This document shows positions 18,804 through 27,932 of a stretch of DNA of 60,607 nt, piece after piece. Location: NCBI GenBank assembly GCA_964613905.1, contig CAZTIV010000010.1:1-60607 (forward strand), given 5' to 3'. Below the pieces are notes generated by a model. That model searched no databases, was not told the origin of the DNA, and saw only the letters and a list, made by a program, of their open reading frames with translations. The position numbers and the translations under genes are program-made. Origin of the DNA: an uncultured Gemmatimonadaceae bacterium. GTDB lineage: Bacteria; Gemmatimonadota; Gemmatimonadetes; Gemmatimonadales; GWC2-71-9. Positions within the stretch are counted from its first letter, which is position 1. The number at the start of each line of letters is the position of its first letter.

Positions 18804-19130
18804 CTACGGCTGAGCCACCCGGCCGACGCCACGTCCCTTGGCGCGCTCCTGAACCTTTGCCGACGTTTTCTCGAGCTGGCTCCTCAGCTTATCGGCCGCG
18901 CGGTCCAGGGCCGTGCGGAAATCATCTGCCTCGCCCGAAGCGATCAGCACCTGAGCCCCCACCAGATACATGCGCAGTTCCGCCTTCCGCATCCGATGCT
19001 CGTCATCGAATACAACCTCCGCTCGCTGCGGTCGATGCGCCAGCTTCGCAAGCTTGTCAACAACCTCCGAGGCCCGCTCCCGAAGTGCGTCCGGGATCTC
19101 GCTGTGGCGGACCGTAACTGTGGTCTTCAC
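18804..19130 (-). CDS. hpf: Ribosome hibernation promoting factor (sigma-54 modulation protein family)
   Basis: ORF 18804..19130, 108 aa. MKTTVTVRHSEIPDALRERASEVVDKLAKL...AEVVFDDE...ASGEADDFRTALDRAADKLRSQLEK fits the HPF/RaiA fold pattern. Confidence 0.85.
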   Translation of the reverse strand: MKTTVTVRHSEIPDALRERASEVVDKLAKLAHRPQRAEVVFDDEHRMRKAELRMYLVGAQVLIASGEADDFRTALDRAADKLRSQLEKTSAKVQERAKGRGVGRVAQP

Positions 19131-19134
19131 TTCG

Positions 19135-20262
19135 TCACTCCTTTCCGGTGCGCCGATTGGCGCTCAGGGTGGAGGCAAGATGTTCTGCAGTCTCTCGTGC
19201 GGCGGTATCCCATGAAAACGTCTCCGCGAAAGCACGGGCGTTGCTTCCAAGACCCGCAACCAGCGCCGGATCGGCGGCCAATCTCACCATCGCCGCACCC
19301 CACGCTTCCACATCGCCATGTGGCAGCAGGTAGCCGGTAACCCCGTCACGCACCGACTCGCGTAATCCCGGTCGGTCAGCGGCAAGCGCCGGTGTCCCGC
19401 AGGCGGCGGCCTCCACGTTAACCAGACCCCATCCCTCCTTGGCGGAGGGAAAGACCACCGCCCACGCCTCTCTCAGCAAACGCAGCTTCTCCGGCTCCTC
19501 CACGAACCCCAGGAACCTTACCAAGGCCCCCAAGTCCAGCCTGGACACAAGACGTTCGAGCCGGTCACGGTCGTCTCCCTGCCCCGCGATATTCAGCAGT
19601 ACCGGATATCCGGACTCGCGCGCCCGGTGCACCGCCCGAATGGCCGTTTCCACTCCTTTATAACGCTTGAGCCGCCCGACGTACAGGAACACCGGCTCCC
19701 GCGCCCGCGTCTCCGGCTCGGGGGTCAACCCCTCCGTATCCACACCAGGGTGAATGACGCGGATCCGCTCCGGCGACACACCGCGTTCTGCCAGATCATC
19801 TCTCGTGCTCTCGCTTATGGCGTGGAACTCCGCCCGCGCGTATCCCCTGGGAATCCATCGCTCGGCCAACCAGACCACTGAAGCAACCGGCCACGATGCT
19901 TCGCGGAACGCCGTGGTCCCGAAGAGATGCGGGACGATCACGTACAGCGGAAGCCGCGTGATGCCCGGCAGATAGAGGGGCAGCTTGTTCACGTCTTCCA
20001 CCAACACGTCGTACTCGGCCGACTCGAGTGCCCGGCGCACCGCCCCCCGCCCCTTGAGCGCGAACGTATGCCTGCCGCCAACGCGCCTGATCCGGATACC
20101 CCGGATTGTGGCCTCAGGCTCCGCACCGGTCCAACCGGACGTGATCAGCGTAACTTCGTTACCCCATGCCGAGAGGCGCCCGAAGATCTCGAAGAAATGC
20201 AACTCCGCCCCACCCGCCTGCGGGTTGTCGAGATCCAGCCAATTGACAGCCAGTATCCTCAC
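19135..20262 (-). CDS. Glycosyltransferase, GT4 (group 1) family
   Basis: ORF 19135..20262. The N-terminus MRILAVNWLDLDNPQAGGAELH and the C-terminal GT1 motif FPSAKEGWGLVNVEAAACGTPALAAD are present. Confidence 0.8.
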   Translation of the reverse strand: MRILAVNWLDLDNPQAGGAELHFFEIFGRLSAWGNEVTLITSGWTGAEPEATIRGIRIRRVGGRHTFALKGRGAVRRALESAEYDVLVEDVNKLPLYLPGITRLPLYVIVPHLFGTTAFREASWPVASVVWLAERWIPRGYARAEFHAISESTRDDLAERGVSPERIRVIHPGVDTEGLTPEPETRAREPVFLYVGRLKRYKGVETAIRAVHRARESGYPVLLNIAGQGDDRDRLERLVSRLDLGALVRFLGFVEEPEKLRLLREAWAVVFPSAKEGWGLVNVEAAACGTPALAADRPGLRESVRDGVTGYLLPHGDVEAWGAAMVRLAADPALVAGLGSNARAFAETFSWDTAARETAEHLASTLSANRRTGKE

Positions 20263-20672
20263 AACCGTCCGAGCCGCCGGGCCATCTGATCCAGCACCCC
20301 GTTCACGAAAGCAGGCGCTTTCGGCCCGGCAAAGCTGTGCGCCAGCTTGACTGCTTCATCGATCACGACCGCCGCCGGGGCTTCCCCACCTTCCAGCTCC
20401 GCAAGACCAAGCCGCAGGATGTTCCGCTCGATGACCCCGATACGCTGCAGGCGCCAGTGGGCGGCGGCATCGGCTATTGCCTGATCGAGCCGATCTACGT
20501 CAACTGCAACCCTGGCCGCCATGAGTTCTCCATCCGACCACGCGCGGTCCGTACCACGATGCGTCTGACGCACCGCGATGGCCACGGCTGTCAACTCCGG
20601 CCGGCCCTGCGCTTCCCATGCGTACAGCAACTGCAGCGCACGTGCGCGCGCCCTGGATTCAGGCCGGCGCAT
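20259..20672 (-). CDS. nusB: Transcription antitermination factor NusB
   Basis: ORF 20259..20834 trimmed to the ATG at 20672. RARARALQLLYAWEAQG ... IERNILRLGLAEL ... VVIDEAVKLAHSF ... FVNGVLD are present (137 aa). Confidence 0.85.
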   Translation of the reverse strand: MRRPESRARARALQLLYAWEAQGRPELTAVAIAVRQTHRGTDRAWSDGELMAARVAVDVDRLDQAIADAAAHWRLQRIGVIERNILRLGLAELEGGEAPAAVVIDEAVKLAHSFAGPKAPAFVNGVLDQMARRLGRL

Positions 20673-21111
20673 TCGGCCCGAACGCTTCCAGCGCCCGCGC
20701 GGTGTCCAGCGCGGCGCTGGCCGCCTCCGCACCCTTGTTGCCCGCCGCACCTCCCGCCCGCGCCAAGGCCTGCTCCATGGTCTCGCAGGTAAGCAGTCCG
20801 TATCCCACAGGGCGTCTGAACGCCACCGCCGCATCCGCCAGCCCCCGCGTCGCGGCCTGGGCTATGTAGTCAAAGTGTGGCGTCTCACCACGTATCAGCG
20901 CGCCCACCGCCACCGCCATCGCATACCGTCCCGAGGCCAGACCCGCGTGCACCGTCACCGGCAGCTCGAATGCCCCCGGCACCCAGATCGTGTCGATCAT
21001 CTCCCTGTCCAGTCCACCCTGTTCCAGAGCGGACAACGCACCGTCCAGCAGGCGGCGCGTCACGGCTTCGTTGAAGCGACTGGCTACGACGAGAACCCTG
21101 GAAGAAGGCAT
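20659..21111 (-). CDS. ribH: 6,7-dimethyl-8-ribityllumazine synthase
   Basis: ORF 20659..21111. VVASRFNEAVTRRLLDGA, VPGAFELP and GALIRGETPHFDY are present. Confidence 0.9.
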   Translation of the reverse strand: MPSSRVLVVASRFNEAVTRRLLDGALSALEQGGLDREMIDTIWVPGAFELPVTVHAGLASGRYAMAVAVGALIRGETPHFDYIAQAATRGLADAAVAFRRPVGYGLLTCETMEQALARAGGAAGNKGAEAASAALDTARALEAFGPNAPA

Positions 21112-21113
21112 GG

Positions 21114-22322
21114 TCAGTCCACGAGCAGGTGGCCCAGCTTGTCACGCTTGGCGGCCAGATACCCGCGGTTTTCGTCGGTCGGGTCCTGGGCGATGGGAAC
21201 ACGGGCCACGATCTCGAGCCCGTAACCGTCCAATCCGACCAGTTTGCGGGGATTGTTTGTCAGCACACGGATCGATGACAGACCCTGATCCAGCAGTATC
21301 TGCGCGCCAATCCCGTAGTTCCTGAGATCCGGAGCAAATCCGAGCCGAGCGTTGGCTTCCACGGTGTCATGCCCGCTGTCCTGGAGCTCGTAGGCCTTGA
21401 GCTTGTTGAGCAGCCCGATGCCACGGCCCTCCTGGTCCAGATACACGATCACGCCGGCACCGTCCTCCGCAATCATTCTCATGGCGTTCCTGAGTTGCCA
21501 GCCACAGTCGCATCTCTCCGAGCCGAAGACATCCCCCGTCAGACACTTGGAATGCATCCGCACCAGAACTTCCCTGCGGCCGGACACGTTGCCATAGACC
21601 AGCGCCAGGTGTTCCGCATTATCGACATCGTTCCGGTATCCGATAACACGGAACTCACCGTATGGAGTGGGAAGCCGCGCCTCCGCCTCGCGATGCACCA
21701 GGCGCTCGTGCTGCAACCGGTACGCAACCAGCTGGGCTACCGTAACCAGCGTGAGACCGTGATGCTTCGCGAAATGGGCCAACTCCGGCCGCCTCATCAT
21801 GGCGCCATCGTCTGCCAGAATCTCGCATATGACGCCCGCCGGATAGAGCCCCGCAAGCCGAGCCAGATCGACGCTGGCCTCCGTGTGCCCCACCCGCTGC
21901 AGTACTCCGCCCGGACGCGCTCTGAGCGGAAACACATGTCCGGGACGGCGGAGGTCCTCCGGCCCCGTATCCGGCTCGATCGCAACCTGTATGGTGCGTG
22001 CCCGATCCGCAGCGGATATCCCCGTGGTCACGCCGAAACGTTTGGCCGCGTCGATGCTCACAGTGAACGCCGTCTGTTGTGATTCGGTATTCGCCTCGGC
22101 CATCTGTGGCAGACCCAGAGCGGCACAGCGTTCCGGCGTAAGGGCGAGACAGATCAGACCACGTCCGTGAGTGGCCATGAAATTGATCGCGGCCGGCGTC
22201 ACGTGGGCCGCAGCACAGACGAGATCTCCCTCGCTCTCGCGGTCTTCGTCGTCGGCCACGATCACGAGCTTGCCTGCCCGGACATCCTCGATGGCCTGCG
22301 CTACCGTTCCCAGTTCCATCAC
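21114..22322 (-). CDS. ribBA: Bifunctional 3,4-dihydroxy-2-butanone-4-phosphate synthase / GTP cyclohydrolase II
   Basis: ORF 21114..22322, 402 aa. [12 protein letters not shown] and [14 protein letters not shown] mark the DHBP synthase half. [20 protein letters not shown] marks the GCH II zinc site. Confidence 0.9.
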   Translation of the reverse strand: MMELGTVAQAIEDVRAGKLVIVADDEDRESEGDLVCAAAHVTPAAINFMATHGRGLICLALTPERCAALGLPQMAEANTESQQTAFTVSIDAAKRFGVTTGISAADRARTIQVAIEPDTGPEDLRRPGHVFPLRARPGGVLQRVGHTEASVDLARLAGLYPAGVICEILADDGAMMRRPELAHFAKHHGLTLVTVAQLVAYRLQHERLVHREAEARLPTPYGEFRVIGYRNDVDNAEHLALVYGNVSGRREVLVRMHSKCLTGDVFGSERCDCGWQLRNAMRMIAEDGAGVIVYLDQEGRGIGLLNKLKAYELQDSGHDTVEANARLGFAPDLRNYGIGAQILLDQGLSSIRVLTNNPRKLVGLDGYGLEIVARVPIAQDPTDENRGYLAAKRDKLGHLLVD

Positions 22323-22912
22323 GACTCCCGCGCCATCAGATGACGGCGCACCAGCTTCCCGAGATAATCACCCTCCACATGCACGTGCGCTCCGACCGCA
22401 AGCGACCCCAGAGTGGTATGGTCCTTCGTATGCGGGATCAACGCGACCTGCACCACATCCGGAGACGTTACCGCGTTCACTGTGAGACTTACACCGTCGA
22501 CTGCAATCGAACCGTGCGGTACCGTAACCGACCAGACTTCCTCCGGCACCCTGAGGTCAAGGAGCACGGCGTCGTCTGCGTCGCGCACTGCGGTCACCGC
22601 CGCGAGACCATCTACGTGCCCCTGCACGAAGTGACCGCCAAGACGGTCCCCAATCTCCAGCGCACGTTCCAAATTGACCGCATCGCCTTCATTCAGCTCG
22701 GCCAGGCGCGTCCGTCCCCTGGTGGTGATAACGACATCCACGGAGAAGGTGTCGCCTTCAGCGGCCACCACTGTGAGACAGGCGCCGCTCACGGATACGC
22801 TTTCGCCAACCGTGAGATCATCGTACGCACTCGCTATCCGCAATCTCGCCCTCGTGGCGTCGCGCTCCACAGCGGCCACTCGGCCCACATCGGTCACGAT
22901 TCCGGTAAACAT
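22319..22912 (-). CDS. ribE: Riboflavin synthase (alpha chain)
   Basis: ORF 22319..22912. [10 protein letters not shown]...[12 protein letters not shown] and a second lumazine-binding repeat ([12 protein letters not shown]) are present. Confidence 0.9.
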   Translation of the reverse strand: MFTGIVTDVGRVAAVERDATRARLRIASAYDDLTVGESVSVSGACLTVVAAEGDTFSVDVVITTRGRTRLAELNEGDAVNLERALEIGDRLGGHFVQGHVDGLAAVTAVRDADDAVLLDLRVPEEVWSVTVPHGSIAVDGVSLTVNAVTSPDVVQVALIPHTKDHTTLGSLAVGAHVHVEGDYLGKLVRRHLMARES

Positions 22913-23979
22913 AACGCCCTGTCGACCACTATCAGTGTGTCTTCGCCCAATGACTGCCGTTCCACAACCCTCCAGCGTGGTGCGTCGCCCAGCAGGCGCG
23001 GCGGCCCTTCCGGAAACGCCGGCACCCCTCGACCCAACAACAGCGGCGCCTGAATCCAGTAGAAGCGATCAGCCAGACCTTCGGCCAGGAGCGATCCCGC
23101 GAGCCGCCCCCCTCCCTCTACCAGCACCGAAAGCACCCCATCGGCGGCCAACGCCTCGAGCGCCGCTTCAAGTCCGTCGGTCGGCAGCACACGCGTACCC
23201 GTCCCCGACAGCGCTCGCATTACCTCCGGCCCGGCAGAGCGCGAGCAGACCAGGACGGTGGGAAACTCACCTGCCGTAAGGAACACGCGCAGGTCCGCTC
23301 GCGGGATCCGGCGGTCGGCAAACACGACTCGCAAGGGTGGTTTCCGGGGAGTGACCCGCCCGCGTACCGTTAGCTCAGGGTCGTCGGCCGCCGCAGTCCT
23401 GGCCCCTACTGCGATTGCATCGAATCCGGCCCGCAGCCAGTGAACGTAGTCACGGGCTTCGGGTCCCGAGATCCAGCGCGACCGGCCGGCCTGGTCGGCA
23501 ATGTATCCGTCGAGCGAGGTAGCAAGCTTGACCGCCACAAATGGCCGGTTGGGGCGGGCGGCGTGCCAGAGAAACGGGGCATTGATGGCCGCCGCTTCGT
23601 CCGCCATGAGCCCGACCGATACCTCAAGCCCCGCCGCCCTGAGCACGTCGGCACCTCCCCCAGCATCCGGCGTGGGGTCGGCGAGCGCAGCTACCACCCG
23701 TCTCACCCCGGCGGCAATCAGCGCATCGGTACAGGGGGGAGTCTTGCCGTGGTGATTGCACGGCTCCAGCGTCACCACACACGTGGCCCCGGCGGGATCG
23801 CCACAGGAAGCAACGGCCGCGACCTCAGCATGCCGCCCACCGTATTCCGCGTGAAACCCCTCACCTATCGTGCTGCCATCCCGAAGCAACACACAGCCTG
23901 CCAGCGGATTGGGTGCGACCCGGCCCCATCCTTCGAGCGCGAGCGCGAGTGCCCGGGTCATGGCCTCCCGCTCAGTCAT
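22894..23979 (-). CDS. ribD: Bifunctional riboflavin biosynthesis deaminase/reductase RibD
   Basis: ORF 22894..23979. The CMP/dCMP deaminase zinc site HAEVAA...TLEPCNHHGKTPPC is followed by a reductase domain (VAVKLATSLDG). Confidence 0.9.
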   Translation of the reverse strand: MTEREAMTRALALALEGWGRVAPNPLAGCVLLRDGSTIGEGFHAEYGGRHAEVAAVASCGDPAGATCVVTLEPCNHHGKTPPCTDALIAAGVRRVVAALADPTPDAGGGADVLRAAGLEVSVGLMADEAAAINAPFLWHAARPNRPFVAVKLATSLDGYIADQAGRSRWISGPEARDYVHWLRAGFDAIAVGARTAAADDPELTVRGRVTPRKPPLRVVFADRRIPRADLRVFLTAGEFPTVLVCSRSAGPEVMRALSGTGTRVLPTDGLEAALEALAADGVLSVLVEGGGRLAGSLLAEGLADRFYWIQAPLLLGRGVPAFPEGPPRLLGDAPRWRVVERQSLGEDTLIVVDRALCLPES

Positions 23980-23983
23980 TCGT

Positions 23984-25012
23984 TCACCCGCCTATCCGGA
24001 CACCGGAACCGGGCACCACTTCACCCACGATCCACGTGTGAACGCCGGCGTCATCGGCCGCGAATCTCACTCCGGCCACCCGGTCGGCAGCGACCGCGGC
24101 GATCATGCCCAGCCCCATGTTGAACACGCGGTACATCTCGTCACGAGCAACGCCGCCCGCATGCTCGAGAAAACGGAATAGAGGTGGTATGGGCCACGAT
24201 CCTTCTTCAATGCGGGCACCACAACCTTCGGGCAACGGGCGCACGAGGTTCCCCGGGATACCGCCGCCGGTTATGTGCGCCAGCGCGTTGATATCCCGGA
24301 TGACCGGAGAGATGGCATTCCAGTAGCTCACGTGAACCGCGAGCAGCGCCTCACCCACAGCAGCGCCCAGTTCCTCGACGCTGTCGTCTGTGTCCAGCCC
24401 CAGCTCATCGAACAGGATTCGCCGCGCCAGTGTGTAGCCGTTGGTGTGCAGGCCGCTCGACGCGTAGCCCACGAGGACGTCTCCCGGGCGCACCCGATCA
24501 CCGTGCAGCGCTTCGTCTTCGTTCACGACTCCCACGATCGTCCCGGCCAGATCATAGTGGCCCGGATGGTAAAGGTCCGGCAGTTGCGCCGTCTCGCCCC
24601 CAACGAGAGTCATTTCATGAGCACGGCAGCCGCGGGCCACCCCTTCCACCAGAGCGGAGATGATGTCGGGATCGCTCTCCGCCGCCGCGATGTAATCGAG
24701 AAACGCCAGAGGGCGCGCCCCGTGCACCAGGATGTCGTTCACGCAATGGTTCACGAGATCTTCGCCCACCGTGTCGTGCCGGCCCGCCCTTATCGCCACC
24801 AGAACCTTGGTACCAACACCGTCCGTGCTCATGACCAGTACCGGATTGGCCACATCCGGCGGGACGCGCAGCATGCCCCCGAAACCGCCCACGGAGCCGC
24901 GGGCAAGCGCAGTGTGTGTAGAACGCACCGCGTCCTGAATGCGGATCCTGGCGCGTTCGGCGGAGTCGAGATCCACGCCCGCCGCGCGGTACCGGTCAGC
25001 TCCCGCCACCAA
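23984..25012 (-). CDS. purM: Phosphoribosylformylglycinamidine cyclo-ligase (AIR synthetase)
   Basis: ORF 23984..25012. YRAAGVDLDSAE, STDGVGTKV, DLVNHCVNDILVHGARPLAFLDY and ITGGGIPGN are present. Confidence 0.9.
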   Translation of the reverse strand: MVAGADRYRAAGVDLDSAERARIRIQDAVRSTHTALARGSVGGFGGMLRVPPDVANPVLVMSTDGVGTKVLVAIRAGRHDTVGEDLVNHCVNDILVHGARPLAFLDYIAAAESDPDIISALVEGVARGCRAHEMTLVGGETAQLPDLYHPGHYDLAGTIVGVVNEDEALHGDRVRPGDVLVGYASSGLHTNGYTLARRILFDELGLDTDDSVEELGAAVGEALLAVHVSYWNAISPVIRDINALAHITGGGIPGNLVRPLPEGCGARIEEGSWPIPPLFRFLEHAGGVARDEMYRVFNMGLGMIAAVAADRVAGVRFAADDAGVHTWIVGEVVPGSGVRIGG

Positions 25013-25928
25013 CCGGCTCGTGCTTGAGATCGAAACTCACTAGGTCGCTGAACTCGCGAACCCGCTGGGTCACCTCGGATAACGTAACGGTCTCGAGCCG
25101 TTGCACCGAGAACTGCTCGACGGCAAACGACCCCATGGCGCTGCCGTATACCATGGCCCGCCGGAAGCTGGGGGGCGTGATATCGTCCGTTCGCGCGAGC
25201 TGCGCCATGAATCCACCTGCGAATGCGTCTCCGGCACCGGTGGGATCGAACACTTCCTCCAGCGGGTACGCCGGCACGTAGAACGTTGTCTCCTTCCCCA
25301 TCAATACCGCTCCGTATTCCCCCTGCTTGATCACCACCTTGCGCGGACCCTGCGCCAGAATCCAGCGCGCTGCGCGGTAGACGTTCCAGTCCCCGGAGAG
25401 TTGCCGCGCTTCGGCGTCATTGACCATCAGCACATCCACGTGCCGAAGCAGCTCGAGCAGCACGTCGCGCTTGCTCTGGATCCAGTAGTTCATCGTGTCA
25501 CACGCCACGAGATGCGGGTTCTTGATCTGGTCCAGCACGCCGAGTTGAAGCTCCGGATCTATGTTGCCCAGGAATACGTACTTCGCGTCCCGGAACGTTT
25601 CCGGGATGCGCGGCTGGAAGTCCGCGAATACGCCAAGCCGGGTTTCCATGGTTTCGCGGTTCTGGAGGTCGTAGGAGTACTTGCCCTTCCACCGGAAGCT
25701 CTCCCCCGGCGCACGCGTCACCCCAGTGAGGTCAACACCACGTTCGGTGAGCCGCTCCAGTTCGGCGTACGGATAATCCTCTCCCACCACGCCAACCATC
25801 TGTACCGGGTGCAGAAGGCATCCGGCGAATCCGAAGAAGACGGCCGATCCTCCCAACGCGTCGGCGGTTGCTCCGAAAGGGGTCTGGACCGAGTCCAGCG
25901 CTATGCTGCCCACTACGAGCAGTGTCAT
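24996..25928 (-). CDS. PfkB-family carbohydrate/nucleoside kinase
   Basis: ORF 24996..25928. The N-terminus VVGSIALDSV and the signature DPTGAGDAFAGGF are present. Substrate unknown. Confidence 0.8.
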   Translation of the reverse strand: MTLLVVGSIALDSVQTPFGATADALGGSAVFFGFAGCLLHPVQMVGVVGEDYPYAELERLTERGVDLTGVTRAPGESFRWKGKYSYDLQNRETMETRLGVFADFQPRIPETFRDAKYVFLGNIDPELQLGVLDQIKNPHLVACDTMNYWIQSKRDVLLELLRHVDVLMVNDAEARQLSGDWNVYRAARWILAQGPRKVVIKQGEYGAVLMGKETTFYVPAYPLEEVFDPTGAGDAFAGGFMAQLARTDDITPPSFRRAMVYGSAMGSFAVEQFSVQRLETVTLSEVTQRVREFSDLVSFDLKHEPVGGGS

Positions 25929-25931
25929 GGT

Positions 25932-27578
25932 CTACATCCGTTCCGGGGCACTGACCCCCAGGAGTTGAAGGCCGTTGGCAAGAACGATCTGAGCCGCGCG
26001 CACAAGCACGAGCCGCGCCCGCTGGAGCGACGGCTCCTCTCCTACCACCCGATGCTGGTGGTACCATGCGTTTACCAGTCGAGCCAGATCCTCGAGGTAG
26101 GCCACGATGCGGTGCGGTTCGAGAGATTCTGCCGCGCGGCCCACGATGCCGGGATACTCTCCCATATGCTTGACCAACGCCTGTTCCGATTCCGCCTCGA
26201 GCAGGGAAAGATCCGCACTGCTGGAGTCAACGGTCAGAGGATCGATCCCCGCCGTACGGAAGATACCGGCCATCCGAGTGTGTGCGTACTGGACATAATA
26301 GACCGGATTCTCTTCGGATTGTCTCCTTGCCAGATCAACGTCAAACACGAAGTGCGACTCGCCCTTCCGCGCGAGGAAGAAATACCGGGTGGCATCAACT
26401 CCGGCCTCCTCGAAGAGCTCCCTGAGCGGGACATAATCGCCCGCGCGCTTGGAGAAACGCACCTCTTCCCCACCACGCATCACCCTGACCAGCTGTACTA
26501 GCACTACGTCGAAGAACCCGGGTCCGTAACCCAGAGCCAGCAGTGCCGCGCGCATCCGCGCCACGTAGCCGTGATGGTCCGCGCCCCATACGTCTATGGC
26601 TCTCGCGAAACCTCGTTCATGCTTGTCGCGGTGGTATGCCAGATCCGGCAGAAAATATGTGTAGGTGCCGTCCCGCTTCCTGAGCACACGGTCCTTGTCG
26701 TCACCCCAGTTGGTGGTGCGGAGCCAGAGAGCGCCGTCTTCTTCGTAAACATGCCCCTGGCGCTCGAGGGCCTCGAGTGTGTCGTCTATCAGCCCGCGTT
26801 CGTAGATGGATTGCTCGCTGGTGAAGACATCAAACCGCACACCGAAGTCGAGCAGGTCGCGTTCCTGTTCAGCCCGCTCGTGATCGAGCGCAAGCGGCTT
26901 CAGCTGCTCGAACGCGTCATCCTCGGGAAGATCAGCCAGACCCGGGTCAGATGCCAGGAGCTCCCGTGCAAGCTCTTCCACGTACGCACCGTGGTAGCCA
27001 CCCTCGGGGACCCCGGCCTCGCGTCCGGCGACCTGCTGGATCCTGGCCCAGAGAGACTTCACCAGTTTTCCGACCTGCACGCCGGCGTCGTTAACGTAGA
27101 ATTCCCGGGTCACCGCGTGACCCGTGGCCTCGAGCAGGGACGCAACCGCGTCGCCGAGCGCTGCACCGCGACCGTGACCCACATGCAGCGGGCCGGTGGG
27201 GTTGGCCGATACGAACTCCACATTCACCGGAGTGCCACGCCCGACGTTCGAGCGACCGTAGCCGGTTCCATCGTTCAGGATTCGGTCGAGCACACCGGCC
27301 AGAGCCTGATCGGCGAGGAAGAAGTTCACGAACCCCGGGCCGGCAATCTCCACCCGCGCCACCACATCGGCGGGAGCGTCCAGTCTGGAGACGATCTCCT
27401 TGGCCACGTCCCGCGGAGGCCGGCCGAGCCGCTTGGCCAGCTTCAGCGCCATGTTGGTGGCAATGTCGCCGTGACCCTTCTCCCGCGGCCGTTCGAGCTC
27501 GACGTCTTCCGCTGAAGCACCCAGATCGGCGGCTACCCGTTCGAGCGCCGCCCTGAGACGGTCGGTTCCGACGCTCAG
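25932..27578 (-). CDS. argS: Arginine--tRNA ligase, with a probable CTG start
   Basis: ORF 25932..27452 plus an upstream in-frame extension. The conserved N-domain segment ELERPREKGHGDIATNMAL lies upstream of the first ATG/GTG/TTG at 27452. The frame is open only back to the stop at 27612-27614 and holds no canonical start. CTG at 27578 follows AAGGAG by 5 nt and overlaps the upstream stop (CTGA). The gene also has VNDAGVQVG and a KFSKR-like MRGGEEVRFSKRAG motif, and is about 548 aa. Confidence 0.8.
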   Translation of the reverse strand: MSVGTDRLRAALERVAADLGASAEDVELERPREKGHGDIATNMALKLAKRLGRPPRDVAKEIVSRLDAPADVVARVEIAGPGFVNFFLADQALAGVLDRILNDGTGYGRSNVGRGTPVNVEFVSANPTGPLHVGHGRGAALGDAVASLLEATGHAVTREFYVNDAGVQVGKLVKSLWARIQQVAGREAGVPEGGYHGAYVEELARELLASDPGLADLPEDDAFEQLKPLALDHERAEQERDLLDFGVRFDVFTSEQSIYERGLIDDTLEALERQGHVYEEDGALWLRTTNWGDDKDRVLRKRDGTYTYFLPDLAYHRDKHERGFARAIDVWGADHHGYVARMRAALLALGYGPGFFDVVLVQLVRVMRGGEEVRFSKRAGDYVPLRELFEEAGVDATRYFFLARKGESHFVFDVDLARRQSEENPVYYVQYAHTRMAGIFRTAGIDPLTVDSSSADLSLLEAESEQALVKHMGEYPGIVGRAAESLEPHRIVAYLEDLARLVNAWYHQHRVVGEEPSLQRARLVLVRAAQIVLANGLQLLGVSAPERM

Positions 27579-27874
27579 GAGCTCTCCTTGCCCGATGACC
27601 CCTTGTCCGCCTTATCCGGCTTCTCCGTCTTATCATTCTTATCCGTCTTGCCGGTCTCGTCCGTCCTGTCGGTCTTGTCCGCCTTGTCCGACTTCCTGGC
27701 GTAATCCGTGATGTAGAAGCCGCTCCCCTTGAAGACGAGACCCGCCCCACCCGATATCACGCGCTGCGCCGCGGCCTTGCACCTGGGACATGTAGCCCGC
27801 GGGCGCGCCGTCATCTTCTGAAACTTGTCGAACTCGTGTCCACACGCGGGACACCGGTAGCCATAAGTCGGCAC
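27575..27874 (-). CDS. FmdB-family zinc-ribbon protein with a repetitive charged tail
   Basis: ORF 27575..27874 with a GTG start. MPTYGYRCPACGHEFDKFQKM...ATCPRCK is the FmdB CxxC-x-CxxC zinc-ribbon pattern. The C-terminus is low-complexity (see the repeat feature). Confidence 0.8.
   Translation of the reverse strand: MPTYGYRCPACGHEFDKFQKMTARPRATCPRCKAAAQRVISGGAGLVFKGSGFYITDYARKSDKADKTDRTDETGKTDKNDKTEKPDKADKGSSGKESS
27602..27691 (-). repeat. Ten consecutive 9-nt (tripeptide X-D/E-K) coding repeats
   Basis: The tail reads SDK ADK TDR TDE TGK TDK NDK TEK PDK ADK. The underlying DNA is variations of ACGGACAAG. Confidence 0.7.
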
Positions 27875-27932
27875 GCGGATGAATCCTGTAATTGGTTAGG
27901 AATCAAAAACTTAGCGGACGTCTGAAGACCGG

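Noticed and set aside
23980-23983. I looked for an FMN riboswitch upstream of ribD, and for SAM or SAH riboswitches upstream of metK and ahcY (12282-12293, 13518-13520).
   Set aside because: The upstream gaps are only 4, 12 and 0 nt, so there is no room for an aptamer. These genes are embedded in longer coupled units.
27875-27932. An unusually AT-rich 58-nt gap lies between the mutase gene and the FmdB gene. I examined it for a promoter or terminator.
   Set aside because: There is no convincing hairpin plus T-tract and only weak -35/-10-like hexamers. It may hold an internal promoter, but the sequence alone does not support a call.
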